The translations under genes and the position numbers were made by a program. From Fidelibacterota bacterium (GTDB taxonomy: Bacteria; Fidelibacterota; Marinisomatia; Marinisomatales; TCS55), in the NCBI GenBank assembly GCA_046861385.1, contig JBHHTW010000013.1, positions 1-57,968 of the forward strand: DNA of 57,968 nucleotides, in the 5' to 3' direction. This document shows, in pieces, positions 31,289-40,544 of this stretch. The number at the start of each line of letters is the position of its first letter. The stretch's first letter is position 1. Under the pieces are notes generated by a model. The model was not told where the DNA came from and ran no database searches. It worked only from the letters and a program-made list of their open reading frames with translations.

Positions 31289-32251
31289 TTAATGAATGTA
31301 TAAGTTTTTTACAAATGTTACATCTTCTTTCTCTAATGGACCACCAAGAGATAGAGCTGTATCCACCTGTTGAACATTGCGTTGACCCAGTAAAACACAG
31401 CTATTTTCTGAATCTGAAATAAGCGCATCAATAACGCCATGCATCACCGGAAAAGGGTGTTCTGAAAACCGGTTTTTGAGCAGGTCGGTATTTTTTTTGA
31501 TTCTGTCAATAATAGTCTGATCTTTAAAAGCGTTAATATTTTCCCGAAAGTCACCTGGTTCAAAAGTCTTGGGTGAGGCATATTTCCCTGTTAATAAACC
31601 GTGCATCAGGGGAGAAAAGAAACAGACGCCCAAATTATTCTTTTCTATATATTCTTTTAAACCGCTGGATTTGTATGTATCATCCCAAACATTTCGGTAA
31701 GGCTGCACAACTTCAGGATTTACGCGATCAATGAATTTCATAATTTTGAATAAATCCCAATCGGATAGTCCAATAAAGCGTGTTTTCCCTTCTTCTTGAA
31801 AACGCCGGATAACGTCCATAGCGTCGTCAAAATATTCGTCATTTCCCCCAAAATTACAATGATGGAGGTAAAGTAAATCCACAGTTTCCGTTTGTAGAAA
31901 ATTGAGAGATCTTTCCATATTGCGCCGCATATGATTTGGATCGTACCAGCGATTATCTCCAGCGCGATCCCAACCGACTTTAGTGGCTAAAAATATATCA
32001 TTCCGGGGAACGGCATTCCAAATAGAGCCAATTATTTCTTCAGAACGACCATTCCCATAGACGTCTGCCGTGTCCCAGTGATTAATTCCCCTTTCCCAGC
32101 ATTTGATTAAAACCGCTTTGGAATCATCATCAGATTGTCCAGCCCATCCGACAGCCTGTTTGCCGCTGGTATTTGCACCTCCAAAAGACCAGGTACCCAA
32201 ACTAATAACAGATACTTTTGCGTTGGTTTTTCCTAAGGTTATCTTGCGCAT
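31289..32251 (-). CDS. Aldo/keto reductase
   Basis: 'LGTW', 'DTADVYG.G.SE', 'ATK', 'VDLLYLH', 'GLLTGKY'. Confidence 0.93.
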   Translation of the reverse strand: MRKITLGKTNAKVSVISLGTWSFGGANTSGKQAVGWAGQSDDDSKAVLIKCWERGINHWDTADVYGNGRSEEIIGSIWNAVPRNDIFLATKVGWDRAGDNRWYDPNHMRRNMERSLNFLQTETVDLLYLHHCNFGGNDEYFDDAMDVIRRFQEEGKTRFIGLSDWDLFKIMKFIDRVNPEVVQPYRNVWDDTYKSSGLKEYIEKNNLGVCFFSPLMHGLLTGKYASPKTFEPGDFRENINAFKDQTIIDRIKKNTDLLKNRFSEHPFPVMHGVIDALISDSENSCVLLGQRNVQQVDTALSLGGPLEKEDVTFVKNLYIH

Positions 32252-32474
32252 TTAGCCTCTTTTATTTAAAGACAAGTTAGGCAAACAAGCGGTAATTTTT
32301 AGTAGAATTATTCATAGATATAAGGTAATTGTGATAGATGATTGATGGAAAATGGGAAAAGAACACTGGAGCCAAACCAGAGAAAGACAGGCTAACAAGT
32401 TGGTTTGGCAGGGAATCCAAATCCATATACCTCACAAAAAATTTAGTTTTTTCTGACACAAATAATATTTGAAC

Positions 32475-32798
32475 ATGTTGAAAACCATAGATATTGGACA
32501 TAAAAACTATCATTTAGATCGTGCATTGTCTGTATTAGAAACAGAGGTGAGCACAGCAATGTTTGAAGGAGAAATTCGCGCATTAAAAATCATCCATGGC
32601 CACGGAGAAGGCGCTTTGAGGAAAGCAGTTCGGGATTGGTGCGCAGATCAGGAAGGAAGATTCAGAGGTGTCATTTATGGAGAGAATTATGATATGTTTC
32701 ATCGTGAAAGCGTTGATATGCGATCAGCCTGTGGAAACCCCCGGGACTATCACCTTGGAATGAAGAACCGATCGGTTACATATATATGGCTCTGGTGA
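32475..32798 (+). CDS. Stand-alone Smr/MutS2-like domain protein
   Basis: 'IIHGHGEGALRKAVR' Smr signature. Confidence 0.8.
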   Translation: MLKTIDIGHKNYHLDRALSVLETEVSTAMFEGEIRALKIIHGHGEGALRKAVRDWCADQEGRFRGVIYGENYDMFHRESVDMRSACGNPRDYHLGMKNRSVTYIWLW

Positions 32799-33032
32799 AT
32801 TGAACTATTTATGATGACTATAAAAATAATAAGTAAGAATACAAATACATGAATAATTTAGTTACCAACTTGGACCCTTTATGAGAAAACATATTTATAA
32901 GTACTGGTGCCGTAATAATATTGGACTGGGGTATTATAACGCTGTAAAATTGGTTAAACGAAAATATGTAATTGATGAATATTACATTTTACAGACTTAA
33001 ACTTTATCGTGGTTAGCAATCCAAATATAAAT

Positions 33033-33650
33033 ATGATTCGTACAATAAAATACAAAGCCGGTGAAATAATCCGACAAAAAAACGCTCATGTATATATACT
33101 ACATTTCATTTTTTGTTTATTGATTAGTTGCGCACCGTCAATTAAGGAGCTTTCAGAAACAGATCCTGAAGCTGTTATCAACAGGAAAAACGAATTACTT
33201 GCCGGCAGCTCTGTATCGAAAGAAGTAAAAACGGCGGTGATTAATGCCCATAATAAAATAGGCAATGAGGCATTAAGGCGGGAGGACTTAGAGGAAGCTG
33301 AAAAACAGTTCAATGAATCGTTGTTGTTAGATAATAAAAATAAACAAGCACATTACGGTTTAGCAATGATTAAAGGACTTCGCCGATTCAAGAAAGGAAG
33401 TAAGTCGGCACTATGGGAAGCCATGGAGAATTTTGGAAAAGCGGCCTTTTTTGACCCGGCAAAGGGAGACCCGCACTACTGGATGGGACGCACATATGAG
33501 AAAAAAGATGATGGAGATTTTGACCTTATAATTGAAGCATATGAAAAAGCATTAGGATTGCCTCTTCCAGACCCCTTGAAACAAGATGCTCAAAATAGAT
33601 TAGAATTAGTAAAAAAACACCAAAAAACCTTAGAGGATTTTTGGAACTAG
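33033..33650 (+). CDS. TPR-repeat lipoprotein
   Basis: Lipobox-like 'LLISC'; TPR-like helices ('AHYGLA', 'HYWMGRTYE', 'AYEKAL'); start uncertain (33009 or 33033). Confidence 0.7.
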   Translation: MIRTIKYKAGEIIRQKNAHVYILHFIFCLLISCAPSIKELSETDPEAVINRKNELLAGSSVSKEVKTAVINAHNKIGNEALRREDLEEAEKQFNESLLLDNKNKQAHYGLAMIKGLRRFKKGSKSALWEAMENFGKAAFFDPAKGDPHYWMGRTYEKKDDGDFDLIIEAYEKALGLPLPDPLKQDAQNRLELVKKHQKTLEDFWN

Positions 33651-33836
33651 TCACAAGAGGAACTTACTTTAGTAGAGAAATTTCTAATAGTATAAATTTT
33701 ATGACGAAACCATTCAATCCTTACATAAGTAATAAAACCAATAAAATTAATCGAATATATAATTCACCAGCATATAGAATTAAATTCAGGGTTTTATTCT
33801 CGGAACTCCCCCCTAAAGTTCATTGAATATTTCTGC

Positions 33837-33866
33837 TTGACACTTGATAAAAGATGGAAGTAAACT
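33837..33866 (+). promoter_or_regulatory. Candidate sigma70 promoter of the motor-like operon (TTGACA-18-TAAACT)
   Basis: Consensus -35 at 33837-33842, -10-like at 33861-33866, GAGG RBS before ATG 33919. Confidence 0.5.
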
Positions 33867-33918
33867 TGTCTGTCCAAGGTAGACATTAGCCTTTGATATT
33901 CTTAACCGAGGTAAGTAA

Positions 33919-35079
33919 ATGAATAAAAAATCGCTAATAAGATATGCTATTCTTAGCCTATTTCTTATTTTATGTAATACAATTCTTTTTGCGAAAGATT
34001 ATAAAGTAAGCGGAACTTTAGTCGATGCTAATGAAAATAAAATTGGCGGTGCAACCGTTCTGCTTCTCACGCCAGACGGCGTTGAATCTCAGCGAACCAA
34101 CACGTCAAAACCGCGTATGGGCATGGGGGGCGGAAGTTTCAAATTTAAAGATGTTCTTCCTGGGGACTACGCCCTGGAAGTAGATGCCGGAGCCAAAGGA
34201 TCTATAAATACACCCATAACAGTCACGGATACCGATGTTGAAGATATCGCACTGGTGTTATCCGTCAGCGATTCAAATACTGAAGAAGAATCCCCCACTA
34301 ATATCACCAGCGTTGTAACGGTACCGGAAGAGGCGGTTGAATCCGGAAGTTCCCCTGAATATGTGGCGACTGAGATCAGTTTTGAATTGAAAAAGTTAGG
34401 CGCTGAAATCAAACACTTAAACTCTGAATTGGAGGATCTCAAAGCGTTAAGTAAAATGTGGGTAAATCCTCTATCCATTTATTCCAAAGAAATTATCCTG
34501 CAAAATGGAAGCACCGTTTTCGGAAAAATTGTCTATCAGGACGAAGAAACACTTAAAGTAGAAACATTAGTAGGCTATTTAATCATTGAGAGAAAAAAGG
34601 TGGTTAGAGTAATCGATAATATTGTGTCAGAAGAAACTCAGGAATACGTTCCAGAGCAAATCAGAGACAGTTACTCTCCTCCTCCGATGCCAAAACTGGC
34701 AGAACCCAAGTATACTTCTGCAGATCCGCTTAATCGCAAAGCGGGAAAAAAATATTCTGCAAATTGTGTATTAGTTGGAAACATCAGTGAAAGCAAAGAC
34801 AATCAGGGCGCCATCATTTTCACGGGAGAGGTTAAAAATATCGGTGGACGCCGGGCAGATTTTGTAAAGGTTGATTTTGTTTTCCGTAAAAACTGGAGCG
34901 GTGAGACCAAAACACTTACCACGTTTGTCCGAGGAACTTACCACACTTTTGATTCTGGAATTACAACTGACGCGACGCTTCTTCCGGGCTCAAACGGGGC
35001 ATTCGAACTTTTTATCCCCAACGATTTTGGTTCATTTATAGGCTATTCTTATGTCATAGATTGGGAGGAATACCAGTAG
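33919..35079 (+). CDS. Secreted multidomain protein: carboxypeptidase-regulatory-like beta domain, coiled coil, small beta domain, FxLYD-like C-terminal domain
   Basis: Signal peptide; 'VSGTLVD..GATV.L..G.FKF.DV.PGDY.LEV'; heptads 'LKKLGAEIKHLNSELEDLKAL'; 'ILQNGSTVFGKIV'; 'GEVKNIG'. Confidence 0.65.
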   Translation: MNKKSLIRYAILSLFLILCNTILFAKDYKVSGTLVDANENKIGGATVLLLTPDGVESQRTNTSKPRMGMGGGSFKFKDVLPGDYALEVDAGAKGSINTPITVTDTDVEDIALVLSVSDSNTEEESPTNITSVVTVPEEAVESGSSPEYVATEISFELKKLGAEIKHLNSELEDLKALSKMWVNPLSIYSKEIILQNGSTVFGKIVYQDEETLKVETLVGYLIIERKKVVRVIDNIVSEETQEYVPEQIRDSYSPPPMPKLAEPKYTSADPLNRKAGKKYSANCVLVGNISESKDNQGAIIFTGEVKNIGGRRADFVKVDFVFRKNWSGETKTLTTFVRGTYHTFDSGITTDATLLPGSNGAFELFIPNDFGSFIGYSYVIDWEEYQ

Positions 35080-35969
35080 TGAAGGCACTGCAAAGTTCAC
35101 GTTGGCTTTTATATTATATAAGTGCTGGAATTATTTTTTCCACCCCTTTAATTGCTCAACGGCAGACATCATCACTCTCCGAAATATTTTTATTGGATCT
35201 AGGAATAGTTATTGAGCCTGAAACAGGTTCAGAAACATATTCCCGCCTTATAGAGACCCCGTCTCGAGAAGTAAATTTTAGGATTAAAAAGGTTCATAGC
35301 GGGTCTGTTTATATGGCAGCATCCGATGAATTATTAAGTGCAATTGAACGGATTAATGTTCGTATTTCTGATATGGAGACATCTTTTAAAAATGAACTGA
35401 TGGCGCTAAGGGCTGAAAACAAAGAGTTAAAAACTGTATTAACGAACTATCAATCAATCAATAACGAACCTAAAAAACCCATTATAGTGGCAGCGCCCGC
35501 CCCCCCTTCTCCAGAAAATGACATATTAATTGATCCATTACCCGAAGTGGCCAGTATACATATCGAACCCCTTTCTCCCGATAAATCTTTTAATCAGCGG
35601 ACATACATGGCAGGCGTTTTTGCATATCAGAGGGAAGACTTTGCGTCTGCTTTGAAATATTTTGCGAAGTTACATTTGGAATTAGCATCATTGGAAACAA
35701 TTGATAATGTAATGTACTGGACAGCGGATGCGTATCAACAAATCCATAATGATCAAAAAGCGCTTGAAATATTAGACAAATTAATAGAAAATCAAAATTC
35801 TTATCGTCTTGATGATGCGTTGGTAAAAAAAGGATTGCTGTATAAAAAAATCGGGCAATTAGATTTAGCAATGCAAGCATTCAGCCGGGTGGTAAAAGAG
35901 TATCCCAACAGTGAATATACTCGCTTGGCAAGTCTGGAACTAAAACGAGTGGAGATGGCTTTACAGTGA
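35079..35969 (+). CDS. Secreted coiled-coil + TPR protein (CpoB/YbgF-like layout)
   Basis: GTG at 35079 overlaps upstream TAG with GGGAGG RBS; signal peptide; coiled coil; Pro linker; 'MYWTADAY', 'DDALVKKG', 'F.RVV.EYP.S'. Confidence 0.75.
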   Translation: MKALQSSRWLLYYISAGIIFSTPLIAQRQTSSLSEIFLLDLGIVIEPETGSETYSRLIETPSREVNFRIKKVHSGSVYMAASDELLSAIERINVRISDMETSFKNELMALRAENKELKTVLTNYQSINNEPKKPIIVAAPAPPSPENDILIDPLPEVASIHIEPLSPDKSFNQRTYMAGVFAYQREDFASALKYFAKLHLELASLETIDNVMYWTADAYQQIHNDQKALEILDKLIENQNSYRLDDALVKKGLLYKKIGQLDLAMQAFSRVVKEYPNSEYTRLASLELKRVEMALQ

Positions 35970-37369
35970 GAAAAGTTAATTATAGTTTTATATCAATATT
36001 ATTGCTAATTACATCCTTATTGTTTGGAGCTACACGCGTGGCATATACACGCCCGGGTTTTATGATGAAAATTCCATCATCAAGCGTTCAGAAAGCGCCC
36101 TATTTATTCCGTACTGGTTTTGGGACAGAATTGCACAATTTTAATCCGTTTAATTCCGCCCAGGGTATTTATTTTGATATGGAACTTGGGAAAAACTTCA
36201 CATTTGGTTTTTCATCTGTACAAACAGCCGATACAACGGCGCTTGCTTTGCTGGGAACAACCGGATACACTCCTCCTGTAGAATTTGGATTTCACATACA
36301 GCAACGAGTCTACACTTATAATAATATTTCTCTTTCAATTGGTCTCCAAGACATCGTATTTCAAAACGCTGAAAGCGGCGGGTTAAGCCTTAACCCCGAG
36401 GAACTTTCCTTTTTTGCTGTCGTCAGCAGCGAGAAAAATCTCGGGAAATATCATTTAAGTACCTTTATGGGTTTTGGCTCTGGAGGTTTTTCTCCAGCGG
36501 ACACACTTGTTGATACAACAACCGCGATCACTAGTACAGCATCGAACAATACGACAACCCAGGCAGGTGTTTTTATGGGGTTAATAATGAACACGCCATA
36601 CTTGGAAAAATGGGGTGGTATTGATATTGTGGGTGAATTTGATGGTACAGGCATCAATGTGGGACTCCGCATCCCCCTTACCTCGGATTATCGCCTGAAC
36701 CTTGGGTTCACCCACATAGAAAAACTTCCAGATTTCAAAACCCGTTATTGGGAAGGGCATCCAGGGGTCACCCTCGGCTTTGATATGGCAGTTCCAAAAA
36801 CAGGACGCACTCCATCGTCAGAGGGCTTTGGAGGACCGTCGCCCCTTCCCGGCTCACAATTAAAACTTCCGGGAACCGGTCAATATGAATCACTCTCTTC
36901 GTCAGCGGATTCAACATTAGCGCTTGCAGATTATGCGGTTCATACTGTCCGAGACTCCATGACGATGTTGAAAAACGAAATGCGCAACCTGATGGTTAAC
37001 TTGGCTTCTATCCAACAGCAATCTCAATTTTTAGAGGATTCATTATTGGCAATGAAACTGAATCGTAATGTAGATGAAAAAAACATGAACGAAGCCATGC
37101 GGCATTTGTCTCGGTCGTTAAGATATTTTTATTCCGGGGATTACAGAGCAGCCTTACAAGAGGTGGAATCTGCTTTGGACTTAAACCCGAATCTGGCTTT
37201 AGCCTATGCCCGTCGAGGATCTATATACTATAAACTTGGAGATATTCAACGAGCAACCATCAACTGGAATCTAGCATTGCGCATGGATCCCGAATATGAT
37301 GATGTCAGAAACATTTTAAAAGCCCTACACGAAAACCGTTTAAAATCGACGAGTGTAGTAGAGGAGTAA
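35966..37369 (+). CDS. Probable outer-membrane beta-barrel (YjbH/GfcD-like) fused to coiled coil and C-terminal TPR
   Basis: Signal peptide; alternating beta-strands, 'SLSIGLQDI', 'GEFDGTGINVGLR'; C-terminal TPRs 'ALDLNPNLALAYARRGSIYYKLGD...ALRMDP'. Confidence 0.65.
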   Translation: MRKVNYSFISILLLITSLLFGATRVAYTRPGFMMKIPSSSVQKAPYLFRTGFGTELHNFNPFNSAQGIYFDMELGKNFTFGFSSVQTADTTALALLGTTGYTPPVEFGFHIQQRVYTYNNISLSIGLQDIVFQNAESGGLSLNPEELSFFAVVSSEKNLGKYHLSTFMGFGSGGFSPADTLVDTTTAITSTASNNTTTQAGVFMGLIMNTPYLEKWGGIDIVGEFDGTGINVGLRIPLTSDYRLNLGFTHIEKLPDFKTRYWEGHPGVTLGFDMAVPKTGRTPSSEGFGGPSPLPGSQLKLPGTGQYESLSSSADSTLALADYAVHTVRDSMTMLKNEMRNLMVNLASIQQQSQFLEDSLLAMKLNRNVDEKNMNEAMRHLSRSLRYFYSGDYRAALQEVESALDLNPNLALAYARRGSIYYKLGDIQRATINWNLALRMDPEYDDVRNILKALHENRLKSTSVVEE

Positions 37370-37373
37370 ATAG

Positions 37374-38156
37374 ATGGATATTGCAACACTAATAGGAATA
37401 ATACTTGGTTTAGGCTCTATTTTCAGCGGAATATTTCTTGCTGCATCGTCTGCAAATGCCGGTATGGGAGGTTTCGTATCACCTTCAAGCTTTGCGATTG
37501 TTGTGGGAGGAATGATTGCCTCCGTTTCTGTCGCTTTCCCCTTATCCGATGTTTTACAGCTGGGAGCGGCAATGGGTGCGGTGCTGAAAGGTGGAAAACT
37601 GAAACTGGGCACTGTTGTCGATGATGCAGTAGTGACAGCTGAAGTGGGAAGAAAAGGAGCGGCTGAATTAGAAAAAGCATTAGATGGAGTAAAAAATCCA
37701 TTTTTTAAAGATGGCGTACAAATGGTAGTGGACGGTTATTCGTTGGATGAATTGACCGAGATTCTGGAAACCCGCATTGAGTATAGGGAGATTCGCGAAA
37801 AAACACAAGCCGGGTTATTTAAATCGATGGGTACCATGGCGCCCGCCTGGGGGATGATAGGAACACTGATTGGGTTGGTAATTATGTTATCTGGTTTTGG
37901 CGGTGAAGGCGGAGCAGATGCGCTTGGTCCCGGTATGTCAGCAGCATTGATTACTACATTCTATGGCGCTGTTTTAGCGAATTTGTTTTTTCTACCCATG
38001 AGTGAAAAATTAAATACAAGAATTAGTTTTACCAGCACAATGCAAGCGATGCTTGTTGAAGCAGCGCGATTAATCCATCAGAAGAAGCACCCGTTAATTG
38101 TTCGGGAAAAATTAAATTCCTTTATTCCTCCTAAGGAGTGGAAAAAAGAAGATTAA
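37374..38156 (+). CDS. motA: Flagellar-type stator A subunit (MotA/PomA/MotP)
   Basis: 'MDIATLIG', 'IVVGG', 'RKG..ELE', 'F.K.G.QMVVDG', 'APAWGMIGTLIGL', 'ALITTFYG..LAN'. Confidence 0.92.
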   Translation: MDIATLIGIILGLGSIFSGIFLAASSANAGMGGFVSPSSFAIVVGGMIASVSVAFPLSDVLQLGAAMGAVLKGGKLKLGTVVDDAVVTAEVGRKGAAELEKALDGVKNPFFKDGVQMVVDGYSLDELTEILETRIEYREIREKTQAGLFKSMGTMAPAWGMIGTLIGLVIMLSGFGGEGGADALGPGMSAALITTFYGAVLANLFFLPMSEKLNTRISFTSTMQAMLVEAARLIHQKKHPLIVREKLNSFIPPKEWKKED

Positions 38157-38160
38157 TTAA

Positions 38161-38952
38161 ATGCCAAAAACAGCTAAAGAACAAAAAGCCTATAAAGCAG
38201 GCATCGCACAAGGAAAAACCCTTGTAGACGAAGGTCTACCCGGGTGGTTTGGAACTTTTGCTGATATGATGACGCTCTTGTTTGCGTTCTTCGTTCTGTT
38301 GGCGGCTATATCAACAATTGATCCTGTAAAGTTGCAGGAAATGGCTGATGCCATGGGTAAGTCTGTGGGTAGTAAGATAAAAAAGGAAAGCCAGGCTATG
38401 AACTTAGCGGACATTAAGAAAGCAGTTCAGGAAATGGTAAAAGAAATGCAAGAAGACTCTGAAACTGGAGAAACACCGGTTGAAGTTACTACCGGGCCAA
38501 AAGGAGTAACCATTGGAATTTCATCTGATATAAGCTTTGCCTCCGGATCAGCAAAAACAAAACCGCAGATTGTTGATATATTGACAAAAATTGTACCCAC
38601 CATAGAGAAGTCTTATTTCCAGATAGCTGTGGAGGGACATACAGACAATGAAAAACTACCTGAAGCATTACAAGTCAAATATCCCACAAATTGGGAGCTG
38701 TCGTCTGCCAGAGCATCGGCGGTTGTAAGAGAATTAATTAGACTGGGGGTGAACCCCACTCGATTGGAAGCAGTGGGTTATGGCGAATATGTTCCGCGGG
38801 ATCGCGCGTCACATGAGTTAATTACGGCTGAGGTGATAATGAAATATAATAACACACAGGACCAAAAATCCAGAAACAGGCGTGTGGAAATTACATTCCT
38901 GGCTCCAAGTTACAGCAGGGCCGGTGGAGATGAAAGCGAGAGCAATTCATAG
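38161..38952 (+). CDS. motB: Flagellar-type stator B subunit (MotB/PomB/MotS) with OmpA-like peptidoglycan-binding domain
   Basis: 'WFGTFADMMTLLFAFFVLL' with the ion-binding Asp; 'VEGHTDN', 'NWELSSARA', 'NRRVEI'. Confidence 0.92.
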   Translation: MPKTAKEQKAYKAGIAQGKTLVDEGLPGWFGTFADMMTLLFAFFVLLAAISTIDPVKLQEMADAMGKSVGSKIKKESQAMNLADIKKAVQEMVKEMQEDSETGETPVEVTTGPKGVTIGISSDISFASGSAKTKPQIVDILTKIVPTIEKSYFQIAVEGHTDNEKLPEALQVKYPTNWELSSARASAVVRELIRLGVNPTRLEAVGYGEYVPRDRASHELITAEVIMKYNNTQDQKSRNRRVEITFLAPSYSRAGGDESESNS

Positions 38953-38996
38953 CCAAATGAATTATGAGAAAAATTTCGATAAGCAAAGGAGCTATC

Positions 38997-40535
38997 ATGA
39001 GAAAAGTTAATATTTACTGTAGATCATTTATACTGGCAATATTTTGCCTCAGTGTGAGCTGGGGACAGAATAATAATTATTTAGCCCAGAAATTGATGGT
39101 TGAAAATGATTTGCGCCAGCGTATAACTGATGCTTTATCTAAAATTATTGATGACAGAAAATATGTTATCGATGTTAAAGCCGATATTGAAATCAGTGAT
39201 GGTACGGAAGAACAAATCACCATCATGGGAGAAGGAAAACAACCACCGTCAGGTCAAGTATTAGAAGATGTATCATCGGATTTACAACAATCATTAGAAA
39301 AGCCTTCTTCTGACAGATCTTCCGGTATATCAAGCGGCTTGCCTATCCCCGGATTCGAGTTTGAATCAGATGGTGGAGACGCTTACGCGGCAGAAACCGG
39401 AACCGAACCTGAAATGTTAACTCAAAGCACCCCTTCTTTAAGCTCCAGTCAAAAGAGTAATATATTATCAAGAACTGTAACGAGTCGCCGCCCATCGAAA
39501 GCAATAATTACAAAATTGGATATCAGTATTATTTTACAGGAAGGAGCCGCTCCGGAATTGATTGAAAATATACGTCAAGTCGTTATGGTTTCTTCCGGTT
39601 TTAATAGAGCCCGGGGCGATGCCTTAAGTATTATGACAGCTACGTTTAAAGAACGACGAGACGAAAAAACAGCGGAACAGATTTTATTAAAAAATATTGC
39701 TGAAAAACTTGAATCTCTGGAACAGCAGCAATCAGGCGACGGTTCTGTTCACTGGAAAGATGAACTGGATAGCTATAAAGCTCAGGAAGAAGAAAGGCGC
39801 GAGCAAGATAAATTGTATTTCCAGCAGCAACTCACTAATCTGGAATCAGAAGCAAGAAATCGTGCGTATCAAACAGAAAAAAGAGAGATGTTAAGACGTG
39901 ATTCCTTAAAACTTATAGAGTTAAACAAAGAAATCAATGACTTAAAATCAATGATGGCTTCTTCTGATGTTTCGGTGGATGAAGTTGGACAGGCCCAAAA
40001 TGCCATCGGTGAAAAAATCAGCGAGAAAGAATCGCTGGATGTAAAAATTGCTGAAAAACTGGCCATGCTTGATGCGGTTCAATCCGATCTTGATCGCAGT
40101 ATGGGCGGTGGGCCTTCTACAATGATGGTTGTTTTCGTTTCCCTTTTGGGTGCGTTGGTAATCGTCTTGGTTGTGGCGCTGATAATCATAATGATGGGAA
40201 ATAAACAAAAACAGCAACTTCCACCCCCGTGGATGTACCCACCTCGGCCTCGGAAAAAAAAAAGTAAAAATAAACCAGTGACACCCATTACCCAACCGGC
40301 GCCATCTGCACCTGCACCCCGACCTGTTGAAGATACTGCCGTTCTGCAAAGCGAAGTTTCTGATATGAAACAAGCCGTTGTCTCCATGAGCGTTGGGCAA
40401 CCGGGTACTGCCACAAGAATTGTAAAAGAATGGATGGAAGACGATGTGCCGCCGCCAGAACCGGAACCGGCTGCTCCTGTGGAAGCTGAAGAAGAAGATA
40501 GCGGTAAAAAGAAAAAGAAAAAAAAGAAAAAGTAA
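38997..40535 (+). CDS. Truncated FliF-like ring protein (signal peptide, RBM3/beta-collar, coiled coil, single TM, FliG-binding-type tail)
   Basis: 'VENDLRQRITDALSKII....VIDVKADI' and 'ITKLDISIIL...IRQVV..SSGFNRARGD.LSI...F' match the FliF C-terminal periplasmic domain; 'PGTATRIVKEWM' matches FliF tails; AAGGAG RBS before ATG 38997. Confidence 0.72.
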   Translation: MRKVNIYCRSFILAIFCLSVSWGQNNNYLAQKLMVENDLRQRITDALSKIIDDRKYVIDVKADIEISDGTEEQITIMGEGKQPPSGQVLEDVSSDLQQSLEKPSSDRSSGISSGLPIPGFEFESDGGDAYAAETGTEPEMLTQSTPSLSSSQKSNILSRTVTSRRPSKAIITKLDISIILQEGAAPELIENIRQVVMVSSGFNRARGDALSIMTATFKERRDEKTAEQILLKNIAEKLESLEQQQSGDGSVHWKDELDSYKAQEEERREQDKLYFQQQLTNLESEARNRAYQTEKREMLRRDSLKLIELNKEINDLKSMMASSDVSVDEVGQAQNAIGEKISEKESLDVKIAEKLAMLDAVQSDLDRSMGGGPSTMMVVFVSLLGALVIVLVVALIIIMMGNKQKQQLPPPWMYPPRPRKKKSKNKPVTPITQPAPSAPAPRPVEDTAVLQSEVSDMKQAVVSMSVGQPGTATRIVKEWMEDDVPPPEPEPAAPVEAEEEDSGKKKKKKKKK

Positions 40536-40544
40536 GGTAACAAT

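Noticed and set aside
32799-33008. 39-aa ORF at 32881-33000
   Set aside because: No RBS or motif in very AT-rich DNA; insufficient support.
37374-38952. Zorya (ZorAB) anti-phage system interpretation of the MotAB-like pair
   Set aside because: The A subunit is a normal 260-aa stator with no long ZorA tail, there are no ZorC/D/E-like genes, and the partners are FliF/FliG-like.
40506-40532. A-rich tract as a phase-variation site
   Set aside because: Interrupted AAA/AAG lysine codons at the extreme C-terminus; slippage would barely alter the protein.
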